The notes beneath the pieces are model-generated. The model did not search any database. It had not been told where the DNA came from and saw only the letters and a program-made list of their open reading frames with translations. Shown here piece after piece: positions 10,229 through 21,600 of a DNA stretch of 64,000 nucleotides; positions within the stretch are counted from its first letter, which is position 1; each line of letters starts with the position of its first letter. The position numbers were made by a program, and so were the translations under genes. Source of the DNA: Salinispira sp. (GTDB taxonomy: Bacteria > Spirochaetota > Spirochaetia > DSM-27196 > Salinispiraceae); contig CBDDDG010000001.1 in NCBI GenBank assembly GCA_965226555.1, forward strand, positions 32,001 through 96,000, read 5' to 3'.

Positions 10229-10254
10229 AGTGTAATGCCATACCTCATTAATAT

Positions 10255-10342
10255 CGGAGAGGGTGGGATTCGAACCCACGGTACGGGGCTACCGCACAAC
10301 GGTTTTCAAGACCGCCTCCTTAAACCGCTCGGACACCTCTCC
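10255..10342 (-). tRNA. tRNA-Ser(TGA)
   Basis: Anticodon arm GCGGT-CTTGAAA-ACCGT; long variable arm. Confidence 0.95.
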
Positions 10343-10429
10343 AGTAAGCCGTTCTGACTATAATTATATCTACCTACTGTATCAGTATTACATATATATT
10401 TCAAGCTATGAAGATTATATTGAGTGGGA

Positions 10430-11892
10430 CAGAACTTCCCCAACAATTTTTTTGACGGGATTTTGACAGAATAATGGAGGGAGATTTTGCCCCTTGAGCA
10501 GTGAGTATGTGGCGGGAATACCGGGCGCATAGACCACCCCCGCCGCAGAACCGCTGGTCTGCGTTGATTGTGTGTCGGTTATATGCAAGAAATCAACTCG
10601 GTAGACTGCCCTCGAAAACGACCGATTGTTCACTACTTAGCTCAACACAGACATCCCTCCTGTGCGAATCTGCCATTTTATTCCCTTCCATATCCACCGC
10701 CCTGTTATTTTCCATGTTCGCTTAACAGGAAGCGTTTTTGTTACGACGCTCGCCAGCACATGGTTGATACTGGTGAGAAAATTGACCCCCATGGCAATGC
10801 AGCACAACAAACACACAGCGGCGATCTTGTTATGCGTCCGCACTCTCTTGGTGCCGGTAAGATACGACATGCGCTTAAACTCATCATTCTCTATGCTCCA
10901 CCGCAGGTGCGCAGCTTCCCGCGCAGCAGGCAATGACAGATGTACATCACTCGTAATTACCCAGAACGTCTCCTTCCCTTCAGTGACCCGCAGCACCAGC
11001 ACCGGCACACCATGCCATTCGTCAGGCACTGCCTCAATCTGGTAACTCGTTGATCGTTGATAATCATACCCGCTCGCGGTTTGGACTGCATCACTATAGA
11101 ACCCCTGATGTTCCATATAGCGGGCTGCGCGATCAAGGAGCAACCGCTCATGTTTCCGCGGAGTGCCATCCCGCTTTACCGAACGAAATTTCACCAGAAT
11201 ATGACGCTTTAATTTTGCGCAGATCAGATGAAGAAAGGGCTCACACAGGTAGAGCCCATCGAAACTTAACAATTGCGGCAGGGTATCTCCTTCCCTCAAA
11301 AGCATTTCTTCAGACCCGCGCAGTTCGTGCCCTCTGCCCTTCATCGGTCTCACAACCTGCACATACGTTCCTGTCTTTGTCGGTCGCGCCAGCACGGTGA
11401 ACCAGACGCTCCCGAAGACACAGGTGCCATCGACAATACCGATACTCCGATGAACTCCCGTGTCCAAATAACACGATTCTTCAGTGTCACTCACTGACAA
11501 CTTCATACTGGTTCCCACCATCGTCGTCACTTCATCCGGTATGATCTGAGAAATCACCCGTTGTATGGTGCTGTCGGAACCGACCATATACCGTTTGCTG
11601 CCGAGTAACTTCCGAACATGTTTATTCCGAGCCAGATAATCGAGATCAAACAGACTCTTGCATGAAAATAATGGCATCGATATAATGAGAGCCATTATTT
11701 GTGATAGCTGAACAACCGGTCGTTTCCGAGGGTCGGTTAAATTGGTTGTTTTCAGCATCTGTCCGAGCCTTTGAATAAAGGTTCGGGCAACACTTTTTTT
11801 CTGAGAACACATAGTCCCCCTCCCATAGTAGATCATAAATGTGTATGAGAATTCCTGCAATGGTCTGAAAAAAACTTGTTGGGGAAGTTCTG
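10430..11892 (-). mobile_element. IS element with DDE transposase (IS4/ISAs1-like; family uncertain)
   Basis: IRs CAGAACTTCCCCAACAA(T/G)TTTTTT; perfect 9-bp target duplication TGAGTGGGA at 10421-10429 and 11893-11901. Confidence 0.9.
10637..11812 (-). CDS. DDE transposase
   Basis: GIVDGT, SFDGLY, HLRWSIENDEFK; ATG after GGGAGGGGG. Confidence 0.85.
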   Translation of the reverse strand: MCSQKKSVARTFIQRLGQMLKTTNLTDPRKRPVVQLSQIMALIISMPLFSCKSLFDLDYLARNKHVRKLLGSKRYMVGSDSTIQRVISQIIPDEVTTMVGTSMKLSVSDTEESCYLDTGVHRSIGIVDGTCVFGSVWFTVLARPTKTGTYVQVVRPMKGRGHELRGSEEMLLREGDTLPQLLSFDGLYLCEPFLHLICAKLKRHILVKFRSVKRDGTPRKHERLLLDRAARYMEHQGFYSDAVQTASGYDYQRSTSYQIEAVPDEWHGVPVLVLRVTEGKETFWVITSDVHLSLPAAREAAHLRWSIENDEFKRMSYLTGTKRVRTHNKIAAVCLLCCIAMGVNFLTSINHVLASVVTKTLPVKRTWKITGRWIWKGIKWQIRTGGMSVLS

Positions 11893-11903
11893 TGAGTGGG
11901 ATA

Positions 11904-11930
11904 TTAAGGTTTGCATTTTGCAAAACTTTG
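11904..11930. repeat. 27-bp palindromic mini-element with IS5-type ends
   Basis: TTAAGGTTTGC-ATTTT-GCAAAACTTTG, compare 35235-35261. Confidence 0.6.
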
Positions 11931-12130
11931 TGGTAGAATGTTCATACTTCATTTCGTGGAGGTATGTATTATCTAATGCAACATCAGAATCAAAATGAAC
12001 CGAACCTGTTGATTCATTATAAAAAACTCCGGTTGATGCTCGGATCGTTGGGACTTGCCTTCCCCCTAAAATTATTGAGAAAATTCATTATGGTTCCGCA
12101 TTTCAGAAATTATCTGATATACTTACTAGT

Positions 12131-12910
12131 ATGATACTATGCGTAAACATTGGAAATTCAAACATTGTACTCGGCCTGTATAATGGAACGTGGATATCTC
12201 GTTGGCGGCTGAGCACAATTCTCGAACGAACGCCCGATGAGTATGAATTTCTCATTCTTCCCTTCATCACGCGCGCGGGAATTACGCCGGACGATATTCA
12301 CGCAATGGCGCTTGCTTCGGTAGTGCCGATTCTCACGGAAACTTTTTCCCAACTCAGTCGGCACATGTTTCGGAGGAACCCGTTCTCTATTACTCCCATG
12401 GTCAAAACCGGACTTTCCTTTGCGAATGCAGCGAGTTCAGCGGAAATGGGAGCGGATCTTCTTGCCAATGCCGTGGCAGGATATACGCTTGTTAACACAG
12501 ACACACAGAAGCAGGGAGTTATTATTGTCGATTTCGGCACAGCCCTCACCTTTACCATGGTCAGCAGCGATGCCCGAATACTCGGGGTATCCATTGCCCC
12601 CGGGCTCCATGGAGCTGTGAAATCGCTCGCAGACGATGCCGCCCAACTTCCCCACGTTCAGCTTGCGGTACCGCCGCAGGCCATCGGCACCAATACCATC
12701 TATTCCATACAATCGGGAATTGTCTTCGGTTTCACCGGTCTGGTCGAATCCATGCTTACCCGCATCCGCAGTGAAATGGAAGATCCAATATCCGTCATCG
12801 CCACCGGCGGAATGCATCATATCATTGCCGTCAATACCGACTGTTTCCATTATCTGGAACCTTGGCTCCATCTCAAAGGAATTCAGCAAATTTACGCCCT
12901 GAATAATTAA
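12131..12910 (+). CDS. coaX: Type III pantothenate kinase
   Basis: VNIGNSNIV, MGADLLAN, IVDFGTALT, IAPG, VIATGG. Confidence 0.93.
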   Translation: MILCVNIGNSNIVLGLYNGTWISRWRLSTILERTPDEYEFLILPFITRAGITPDDIHAMALASVVPILTETFSQLSRHMFRRNPFSITPMVKTGLSFANAASSAEMGADLLANAVAGYTLVNTDTQKQGVIIVDFGTALTFTMVSSDARILGVSIAPGLHGAVKSLADDAAQLPHVQLAVPPQAIGTNTIYSIQSGIVFGFTGLVESMLTRIRSEMEDPISVIATGGMHHIIAVNTDCFHYLEPWLHLKGIQQIYALNN

Positions 12911-12954
12911 CCTCCTCACAGCGCCCACTCACCAGCATTGCGGAACGGATCGCA

Positions 12955-14358
12955 TTAGTTCAGAATAATAACTTCAACGCGCCGGTTCTTCGCCCGCCCC
13001 TGTGCTGTCGCATTGTCGGCAACAGGCTCTGTTGCGCCCCGTCCCTCATAGCGGATTGCGCCGGGCGGAATGCCCCCCCTAACTACGCGCTGCGCAATAC
13101 TGGCTGCCCGTTCCTCAGAAAGCTTCTGCTGCCCCTCGGGACGCCCCACATCGGCGCTGTGCCCAATTATCAGAAAACGGCGCTCACCAGCCTGTTTGAG
13201 AATGCCGATCAGCGCCAGCACCCGTTCATCCTCTCCTGCTGTTAGCTCGGTACTGTCTGGCATAAACCGAATATCCGGCAAATTAATTTTAAGCCCCAGA
13301 GGATCATAATCAAACTCAATAATACCGGCATCCGCACTGTCATCCGCACTGGCATCCACCCTGATACGCTCCGGTAAGGCATTTTCGGCAACATCAGCAA
13401 TATCGGCAGCATCAGCAATATCGGCAACATCAGCAATATCGGCAACATCAGCAATATCGGCAGCATCAGCAATATCGGCAGCATCAGCATCAGCAATAAC
13501 ACCGGGAAGGGAACGCAATGAACGGACAAAAACAGCGTCATTGTAGACCGGCATTGAATTGCGAAGCCAGCTCAGACCAAAGCCCTCAATGCTCAGCTCC
13601 GTACCGTCCTGCAAACGATACTGCTCGGAAATGGTATTATTCATAAAAATGCGGATATCATTGCCGGGAAAAATGGTAATGCGAACCGCGTTCCTTCCCT
13701 GAACTGCCGGCCTGTTTGATCTCCCGTCATCGCGGAGCGCAAAATCCGCATCAAAAAAATGGACAGCCTCCCCAAGATACTCCCCAATACCGCGGTACAC
13801 ATAGCGCACATATACCTGAATTGGTATAAAGTGCCCATCGGCATCCGGATCAACGAGCCGGTAGGCATGGGCATGATAGCTCATCCCCTCTGCCGGAATA
13901 TCGGGGCCCTCAAGACGAGTCAGAACAGCCGACGGCAAAAGCGGGAAATTCCGATATTCGGGAAATGAATGGAGATGTCCGGTCTCGGTTCCCGACAAGG
14001 ATTTCTGCGAATACCGCAGTTCCTCCGCTGTGAATTCCTGCTGCTGAAAATTGTCAACCGGAAGAGCCACACTGCGTAAATCGTGCTTCGTTTCCGAAAT
14101 CTGCCAGAATACTGCCTCATAGATACCTGCGCTGTTTCTGTCTACCTGGCCGGATATTTCCACATACCGAAGCCCTCTATACTTTCCGCCTTCCCGTATT
14201 CTCACATTATACCGGCTCAGATAGGTGCCAGCCACAGGAACGATAAGAGAAATGTCGTCCGATTGTACTGTCTCTGCCGATATATGGCTCAAACAGAGGA
14301 TAATGCCCATAAAGCATAGTGTTTTCATTAGTGGGCTCCTACCAGCTATCCAGCTCAT
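12955..14358 (-). CDS. OmpA-domain (peptidoglycan-binding) protein
   Basis: Signal peptide; IGHSAD..LSEERA..GRAKNRRVEV; internal D(A/V)ADIA 18-bp repeats. Confidence 0.88.
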   Translation of the reverse strand: MSWIAGRSPLMKTLCFMGIILCLSHISAETVQSDDISLIVPVAGTYLSRYNVRIREGGKYRGLRYVEISGQVDRNSAGIYEAVFWQISETKHDLRSVALPVDNFQQQEFTAEELRYSQKSLSGTETGHLHSFPEYRNFPLLPSAVLTRLEGPDIPAEGMSYHAHAYRLVDPDADGHFIPIQVYVRYVYRGIGEYLGEAVHFFDADFALRDDGRSNRPAVQGRNAVRITIFPGNDIRIFMNNTISEQYRLQDGTELSIEGFGLSWLRNSMPVYNDAVFVRSLRSLPGVIADADAADIADAADIADVADIADVADIADAADIADVAENALPERIRVDASADDSADAGIIEFDYDPLGLKINLPDIRFMPDSTELTAGEDERVLALIGILKQAGERRFLIIGHSADVGRPEGQQKLSEERAASIAQRVVRGGIPPGAIRYEGRGATEPVADNATAQGRAKNRRVEVIILN

Positions 14359-14418
14359 TTTCGGGAACCCAGCGATTGAGAGGGCTGTCCGGAAATTGTT
14401 CTCGTATTTCTCCCCGAG

Positions 14419-15267
14419 TCATAGTGCCGCGCTGTTTAGGCTTTTCTGCAGATGCTTTTTGTTTACAAAATCGGCAACAGTATTCAGGCTGTACACCGTA
14501 AGAGCGAGCGCAATTCCAGGCGGAAGAATCATCCAAGGATCCGAAAGAAGGTAGGCGCGGGCCTCAGCTAACATGATGCCCCAACTTGCCTGCGGCGGTT
14601 GAATTCCAATGCCCAGAAAACTGAGGCTCGCCTCAATGCTTATGGCTACAGCAAAGAGACTGGTAAGCTGAACAAGAAGCGGAGGAAGCACCTGCGGAAG
14701 AATCGCAGTGCTGAATACCCTCAGCGGGGGAGTATTAAAAAGAGTTTCTATTTCCACATAATCTTCCCGAATGGCCTTCTGTACCTCTGCGCTTATCAGC
14801 CGGGCAATAAGGGGTGAGAAAACAATTCCCAAAGCATACATGACCTGAACAAGCCCGTACCCAAACACTGCCATAACGGCAATGCTCATAAGAATGGCGG
14901 GTATGGACAGGAGGCTGTCCATACTCAGCATGAGTACGGTATGTAACCACCGGGGGCCGTATACTGCAGCTAGGCCAATCGCTGTTCCGATAATAAAGGC
15001 AACGAGACAACTGACAATTCCCACAATGAAGGTTGAACGGGCGCCATATATGAGGCGGCTAAGAATGTCGCGCCCGAGACTATCGGTTCCAAGGAGATGT
15101 TCCGGCGAAAGGGGAGCAAGAAATCGGTTATTCAGATCCTGTTCATAGGGCTCGTACGGGGAAATAACTGCAGCCCCGAGCGCAAACAGAAGCAGAAGAA
15201 CTAAAAAAACATAACTGAATGTAACGGTTTTCACCTGCCCCCCTGTCGGCGCACGCCTGCCGGACAA
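14419..15267 (-). CDS. Peptide/nickel ABC permease (DppC/OppC-like); start uncertain
   Basis: HLLGTDSLGRDILSRLIYGAR; EASLSFLGIGIQPPQASWG. Confidence 0.9.
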   Translation of the reverse strand: MSGRRAPTGGQVKTVTFSYVFLVLLLLFALGAAVISPYEPYEQDLNNRFLAPLSPEHLLGTDSLGRDILSRLIYGARSTFIVGIVSCLVAFIIGTAIGLAAVYGPRWLHTVLMLSMDSLLSIPAILMSIAVMAVFGYGLVQVMYALGIVFSPLIARLISAEVQKAIREDYVEIETLFNTPPLRVFSTAILPQVLPPLLVQLTSLFAVAISIEASLSFLGIGIQPPQASWGIMLAEARAYLLSDPWMILPPGIALALTVYSLNTVADFVNKKHLQKSLNSAAL

Positions 15268-15288
15268 CGCCTGCCGCGCCCCGCGCGC

Positions 15289-16788
15289 CTATCTGACTCT
15301 CCGCACCTGCCGAAAATCGAAGGTATCAAGAGCAGGAGTCATAATAAAGCCTTCAATATCCGACCGGTACGCAATGTGCCGTATCGGGCTGCCAACAAAG
15401 ACATAGGGAACCTCTTCGGCAAAAATACGCTGTACCTCGCGGTAAATTTCACGGCGTTCGGCAATATTAATAACCCTGCTTCCCTGTTCTATGAGCGGGA
15501 GCACTTCTTCATTGTTCCAGCGTACGTAGCTTTCTCCCCTTCCGTGACCGCTGAAACGGCCGTCGGGATCAAGTTTGCCGGTATGTCCGATAACCGTGAG
15601 GTCATAGTCCGCCTTTCCGTATACATCGCTTAACCAAGTCGGCCAGTCAACAAGGCGAATCTGAGTGTGAATACCAGCCTTTCTGAGCATTTCCTGATAG
15701 AGTTTTCCTGCCTGAACATGGAGGGCAAAGTTCTGGGGAAGTACAAGATCAAGCACTTGCCCGGCCTCGTAGCCTGTTTCCCCGATAAGCTGCGCCGCAG
15801 CTTCAGGATCATAGGGATAGAGATCGCTAAAGTCGGCATAAAATGCGTTACCGGCATCATTAAAGGTACCGACAACCGTCCCGCCTCCATAGGCAACATC
15901 CAATACACTCTGTTTGTCAACGGCAAAATTCAAGGCCCGACGAAACCGCAGGTCCGAAAGCGGCGCACGGCTATTATTTATGGCCATGACCACAACAAGT
16001 GATGAGTCCAGCGTTTCAATTGTGATATCCTCCGATGCTTCAAGAATGGGGATATATTCTTCGTTAACGATGTAGAGAATGTCAGCCTGTCCTGAGATAA
16101 GCGACTGCACCTGTATAGAGGGCACCGGAATAATCTGGAATACGATCTGCTCTGCCTCACCCGTTGCGCTCCAGTAATCCGTGTTTTTGCTGAGAGATAT
16201 CTGCTCATCAGTAATCCATTCATCGAATACAAAGGGGCCTGTCCCGATTGGATTGTTCGCAAAATTGTGTCCTGAATCAATTGCTTCTGAAGGGAGAATT
16301 GCCGCCCAGCCGCTCGCAAGTGTGTAGAGCAGCGATGCCTTCGGTACCTTAAGAACAATGCGGATGGTAAAGTCATCCACGAGAACGATGTCTTCAATAG
16401 CTTCAAATTCACCGCTGCTCGGCGATGCAAATTCCGGCGACTGGAGGCGCTTGATGCTCCAGATAACATCGTTCCCGTCAAAAGGGCTTCCATCGTGAAA
16501 ACTCACATCCTTTCGAAGGTTCAAAATGATTGAAAGATTGTCGGGAGATATTTCCCAACTCCGCGCAAGAGCCGGCTGAAGTTGTCCCTGCTCATCGGGT
16601 TCAAGCAGGGTATCATAGATGCTTCGAAGCACCTGAAAGGTAAGGGTTTCGGTAGTCGCATGAGGATCCAATGTTGATGGATTTCCCGAGAGAGCCAGAC
16701 GGATCGAAAATAGTTCATCCTGCGGAAAACAAGCGGAAAACAATGCGAAAATTATACATACCATTATAAATTGTAAGAACTTGTACAT
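15289..16788 (-). CDS. ABC substrate-binding lipoprotein, family 5
   Basis: FSAC lipobox; TLDPH, PALARSW, PIGTGPF. Confidence 0.92.
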   Translation of the reverse strand: MYKFLQFIMVCIIFALFSACFPQDELFSIRLALSGNPSTLDPHATTETLTFQVLRSIYDTLLEPDEQGQLQPALARSWEISPDNLSIILNLRKDVSFHDGSPFDGNDVIWSIKRLQSPEFASPSSGEFEAIEDIVLVDDFTIRIVLKVPKASLLYTLASGWAAILPSEAIDSGHNFANNPIGTGPFVFDEWITDEQISLSKNTDYWSATGEAEQIVFQIIPVPSIQVQSLISGQADILYIVNEEYIPILEASEDITIETLDSSLVVVMAINNSRAPLSDLRFRRALNFAVDKQSVLDVAYGGGTVVGTFNDAGNAFYADFSDLYPYDPEAAAQLIGETGYEAGQVLDLVLPQNFALHVQAGKLYQEMLRKAGIHTQIRLVDWPTWLSDVYGKADYDLTVIGHTGKLDPDGRFSGHGRGESYVRWNNEEVLPLIEQGSRVINIAERREIYREVQRIFAEEVPYVFVGSPIRHIAYRSDIEGFIMTPALDTFDFRQVRRVR

Positions 16789-16798
16789 AATTCCTTCC

Positions 16799-18004
16799 TT
16801 ATGTAATTGCTGAACGGAGCAGGCTTATGGCATCTTCTTCCACACTGGCAATTTTTCGGAACTGTTCTGCAACCGGCTCAAGAATCTTTTCGGCATTTTC
16901 ACATACTTCCCGGCCCGATCTGGAAATAGCGCCTTCGATCTTTTGATCCAGAACCTGCAAGTCAGCAATTGCAGCAGCCCCTTTGTTAATAAACAGATTG
17001 TTCCGTTCATTCATCAATGAGCGGAGAGCGGCGAGTTCGGGGATACTCTCCGGTAACAGGAGTCCGGCAAGGTTTTGCCATAATTCGGCAGCTTTTGCGA
17101 ATTGTCCGCCTACTTCGCGTAATGCCGTATTTTCCAGAATTTCCGCCGCCTCATTGAGAAAATCCCTAAAAAGCATACGGTCGGATCCTTCGCTCGCGTC
17201 TTTCCAGAACAGGCTGCTGTGTTTGTACGCGGTGAGGAGGGCAGAACTCAGCTCTCCTGAATTCGTAAAACGTTTGTTCCACGCGTTCCTGCCCTTCATT
17301 TCCAGATCGTTAATGATAGCCTCATAGGCCTTGAGGCCAAAGTTGTTGGCAGATCCCTTTGGCGGTTTCTCGGTAAATAGGGAAACAGTTTCCTGTAGTC
17401 CGGTGAGAACTGCTTCCTTAAGACTATTCTCATCGGGTAAAGAAAGCACAAACATGCGGTAGCGGTATTTTTTTACCCGTCCTCTGGCCTTATGAAGAAG
17501 CTGCGCTGAAAATTCATGAGGACAGAGTGATCTGTCGGCCGTGAGCGCCCGATCACTTTCGGGGCTGTATTCAATAACCGTCATTGGTTGCATTGCCCAC
17601 ATATCTTCACCAAATTCCGAGTGTTCGTAGGCAAGTGTGAAGACATCGGCCATAATGATCGGAACAAGACCCTCCTCAAGTGTTTCAATAAGCTTTTCCT
17701 CGGCTTTCTGCGGATTTGTGGAATTAATGACATCCTGCCCTATTTTCAAACGGCTGACAATGGCATCCCAGCCGTAGGTGTGAAACGTATTTCGTGTGAG
17801 AATGTTAACCTGAGGATTATATCCTTTGTAGTGAAAAATAAAATATCCAAAGGATATTCCACCCGCAACACCGGCGAGTAATGCCTCAGAGTAGGGTAAT
17901 CCGGTATGTGGAGCGCGAACTCCCTGATAGTCCAGCGCGTGTGCTATTGACGCGCTCACAGGAGCCCTGCCGGAGAATTGCCGATAATTTTCGAGCTTTG
18001 CCAT
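16799..18004 (-). CDS. BtrH_N/DUF4872-like protein
   Basis: PHTGLPYSEALLAGVAGGISFGY; GSDRMLFRDFLNEAA. Confidence 0.6.
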   Translation of the reverse strand: MAKLENYRQFSGRAPVSASIAHALDYQGVRAPHTGLPYSEALLAGVAGGISFGYFIFHYKGYNPQVNILTRNTFHTYGWDAIVSRLKIGQDVINSTNPQKAEEKLIETLEEGLVPIIMADVFTLAYEHSEFGEDMWAMQPMTVIEYSPESDRALTADRSLCPHEFSAQLLHKARGRVKKYRYRMFVLSLPDENSLKEAVLTGLQETVSLFTEKPPKGSANNFGLKAYEAIINDLEMKGRNAWNKRFTNSGELSSALLTAYKHSSLFWKDASEGSDRMLFRDFLNEAAEILENTALREVGGQFAKAAELWQNLAGLLLPESIPELAALRSLMNERNNLFINKGAAAIADLQVLDQKIEGAISRSGREVCENAEKILEPVAEQFRKIASVEEDAISLLRSAIT

Positions 18005-18082
18005 GAGTATCTCCTTTACTTTTCCGTAGTATACACCCTGATATCAGATTCTGAAAAAAGTGCGGCATAGTCCGCAGCGGAT

Positions 18083-18523
18083 CTACTGTTCAGCAAATTC
18101 CTTAAAGCGATTCATATCGTTGAGTGTCTGCTTCCTGAACATGCCGGGGGCAATAATACTCATGAGTCCCCAAAAACCCTTCATCTTAAATGTATTTTCC
18201 TGCTTCCAGATGGTGTTGCCGTCTTCTGTTCGGGAAAAGAAATTTTTATTATCATTCACTGTTTCCATTGTTTTCCCCGATCGATAGATAAAATGTATGG
18301 ATTCCGGGAGTTTATTTTCAATTATTTCTTCCTCCATAATAAACTCGCCCTTTCCCATTTGATAAACCAAGCGGCTTTTTGCCCCTGCCTTTCCGGGCTG
18401 CCCCTCAATGGTTTCCATACTCAGTAATCCGACCTGCCATTTTTTAAGGTTCTCTACGCTATCGAATAGTTCAATAGTCTTTTCAAGCGGACAGTTAATG
18501 ATTATCTCTGTTGTGTACTGCAT
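18083..18523 (-). CDS. SRPBCC family protein
   Basis: MQYTTEIIIN..ENLKKWQ..MFRKQTLNDMNRFKEFAE; GGAGG RBS. Confidence 0.85.
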   Translation of the reverse strand: MQYTTEIIINCPLEKTIELFDSVENLKKWQVGLLSMETIEGQPGKAGAKSRLVYQMGKGEFIMEEEIIENKLPESIHFIYRSGKTMETVNDNKNFFSRTEDGNTIWKQENTFKMKGFWGLMSIIAPGMFRKQTLNDMNRFKEFAEQ

Positions 18524-18558
18524 ATTCCCTCCAGTGTAACACGGTAAAAATATTATAG

Positions 18559-18620
18559 CAAAGTTTTGCATTTTGTAAATGCTTTATTAGAAACTTTTGC
18601 ATTGGAAAATTGCGCTTGCG
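18559..18620. repeat. Degenerate/truncated mini-element pair
   Basis: CAAAGTTTTGCATTTTG.. followed by GAAACTTTTGCATTGGAAAATTGCGCTTGCG (left half of the 54-bp unit). Confidence 0.7.
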
Positions 18621-18659
18621 TAAAAAAATGTCTGCCCGTATACTCACTGAACAGGATAT

Positions 18660-21600
18660 ATGAGCGGTCGAATACTGGACAACAGGAAGAGAAGGGTTGG
18701 GGATTTTCTGCGGGAAAACATTGTCGGGGGGACTTCGCTTGACATTGTGTCTGCCTATTTCTCAATTTATGCCTATGAGGCGCTGCAGAGTGAATTGGCA
18801 GGCATTGATTCGCTGCGGTTTTTATTTGGCGACCCGGCATCTGTGAACACAGTCGATCCGCAGGACGGTCAGGCTGCCGCCTTCTCGCTCAATGATGAAG
18901 GCATTGCGCTGGAAAATGTTCTCAGGAAAAAGCCGGTTGCGGCTTCCTGCGCCAAATGGATTCGTAACAAGGCAGAACTGCGTACAATTCGCCGCGCCAA
19001 TTTTCTGCACGGGAAAATGTATTCCTGCGCGCCGCCCGGCGGCCCCCGCGCGGCTGTTATGGGCAGTTCAAATTTTACGGCGCGCGGGCTTGGGTTCACA
19101 CGAAACAGCAACATTGAATTGAACATGCAGGTTGATGATGCCGCCTGCGCCGAGCTCAGCGAGTGGTTTGAAGAACTGTGGAACAGCCCCGACGTCCGTG
19201 ACGCCAAACAGGAAGTTCTGGAAGCGCTGGAAAAATTAACAAAAGATTACGCACCCGCAGATCTGTACTTTAAATCGCTGCTGCATATTTTTCAGGAAAA
19301 GCTGGAAGACCGCCGTGACCGTGAGAAACTCATTGGCGATACGAATCTTTTCGATACAGACATATGGAAACACCTGTATGAGTTTCAGCGGCACGGGGTA
19401 ACTGGCGCCATTAACCGCCTAGAGGACTACGGGGGCTGCATTATTGCCGACAGCGTTGGCCTCGGTAAAACATTTGAGGCCCTTGCAATTATTAAGTTTT
19501 ATGAACTGCGGGGCAAACGGGTGCTGGTGCTCTGTCCTAAACGGCTGTCGGCAAACTGGCTGCTTTATCCGGCAGCGGAGGCGCAAAAGGGCAACCCCTT
19601 CCTGCGCGATAATTTTTCTTATACCTGCCTCGCTCATACCGATTTAACGCGGAAAACCGGCGCCGCCGGAAATGTTCACGAATTGGGGCAACTCAACTGG
19701 GGCATTTTCGATGTGGTGGTCATTGACGAATCGCATAATTTTCGCAGAGACTCGCGCGATTCATACAATGAACAAACCGGAAAATGGCGCCTCAGCCGGT
19801 ACGACAACCTCCTGCGACGCATTATTGCAAAATCCGACTCCCGGAACGCCAAAGTGCTCATGTTGTCTGCCACTCCGGTCAACACCTCGCTGCTTGATCT
19901 TAAAAATCAGGTGTATGTAATAACCAACAGAAAAGACGATTCGTTTCGGGAGAATCTCGGCATCGGCAACATCAAAACCCTCTTTCATCAGGCAGCCAGA
20001 GATGTAGAAAAATGCGGGAACAATAAAACAAAAATTCTGCGCGCCCTCGATGGTGATTTCATGCGCCTCTTAGACGCCCTCAGCATTGCCCGCTCGCGGC
20101 GGCATGTGAAGGAATATTATCCTCAATTCATTAAGGAATACGGCGATTTTCCTGTTCATGACCCCCCCCAGAATGTTTATGCCTCCACCGACTCAGAGAA
20201 AATACTGTCTTATAAGGATATGAGCAGCCGTATTGGTGAATTCAACCTTGCCATTTATAACCCCTCGGAATTTGTAAAAGACACGAGAACACTGGAAGAG
20301 ACCAGAAAGCAGACGAAGATGGACCAGCGCGATCGTGAGCGGTACCTTATTTCCATGATGCGGGTTAATTTTATGAAGCGGCTGGAAAGCTCGGTGTATT
20401 CGTTCTGCCTCACGCTGAAGCGAATCATTGGTAAAATGGATGAGCAAATACGAAAGATTCACGAGTTTCAGGACAGAGACAGAGATAGCGCGGTGAATAA
20501 TACTGCGGATGCGGAGGACTTTAACGATGAAGATGAATGGAGTATAGGGGAAGGGGAGCGGAAATATCATCTGCGCGATCTGAATGCGGATGAATGGCTG
20601 ACTGCCATAACCCGGGACCGGGAAACCTTACGCGGAGCGCTGGCGCGGGCAGAGCAGGTGACACCGGAACGGGACGAGAAACTGCGCCGCCTGCGCGACA
20701 TTCTTACCCAAAAAATAGAGCACCCAACTCTGGACAAAAACGGCAGACCCAACCGCAAGGTTTTAATTTTTACTTCATATTCCGACACGGCAGAGTATGT
20801 GTACACTAACCTTGACAGCCTGCGGGATCGGCATAGTGTTAATATGGCGCGTGTGGCCGGCGGAGATAAGACTAGCAGCAGCGCAGGCAGCGGAAAATTT
20901 ATTGACATTCTCAATGCCTTCTCGCCGCGGGCGCGCAATGCGGAGGCACATGGCGGGGAAATAGACATTCTCATCGGCACCGACTGTATTTCCGAAGGGC
21001 AGAACCTGCAGGACTGCGACATGGTCGTTAACTACGACATTCACTGGAACCCTGTGCGCATTGTGCAGCGATTTGGACGCATTGACCGGCTTGGCAGTCA
21101 GAACAAAAGCGTGCGCATGGTTAACTTCTGGCCCACTGCCGATTTGGACTCCTATCTTAACCTCAAAAGCCGCGTGCTGCACCGTATGATACTTTCCGAT
21201 ATAACAGCTTCCGGCGGCGGTTATGCGCTGGATGCATCATCGAATACACGTGAAGAAAACCCTGCCCTGCAGCGGGAACTCGATTTCCGCGCCGAACAAC
21301 TGCGGCGGCTGACGGAGGAAGTGCTTAATCTGGACGATATGGAAGATGGATTGTCGATGAGCGATTTAACCTTAGATGATTTTCTGGCGGAATTGATGGC
21401 GTATCTTGAAGCAAACCGTGAAAAACTGGAGGCCATACCGAACGGTGTGTATGCCGTTGCCGACAGCACAGCGAAATCTGGCCGCAGCCCCAGCAACCCC
21501 CGCGGCTCCCGCAGCCCCGGCAGCCCCGGCAGCCCCGGCGCCGACAAAGCCGCGCAGCCGGGCGTGATATTCTGCCTCAGGCAGCGCAATGCCGATACCG

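Noticed and set aside
11960..12130. RBS-led short ORF (QHQNQNEPNLLIHYKKLRLMLGSLGLAFPL) upstream of coaX
   Set aside because: May be a membrane-protein remnant, but too short to support a call.
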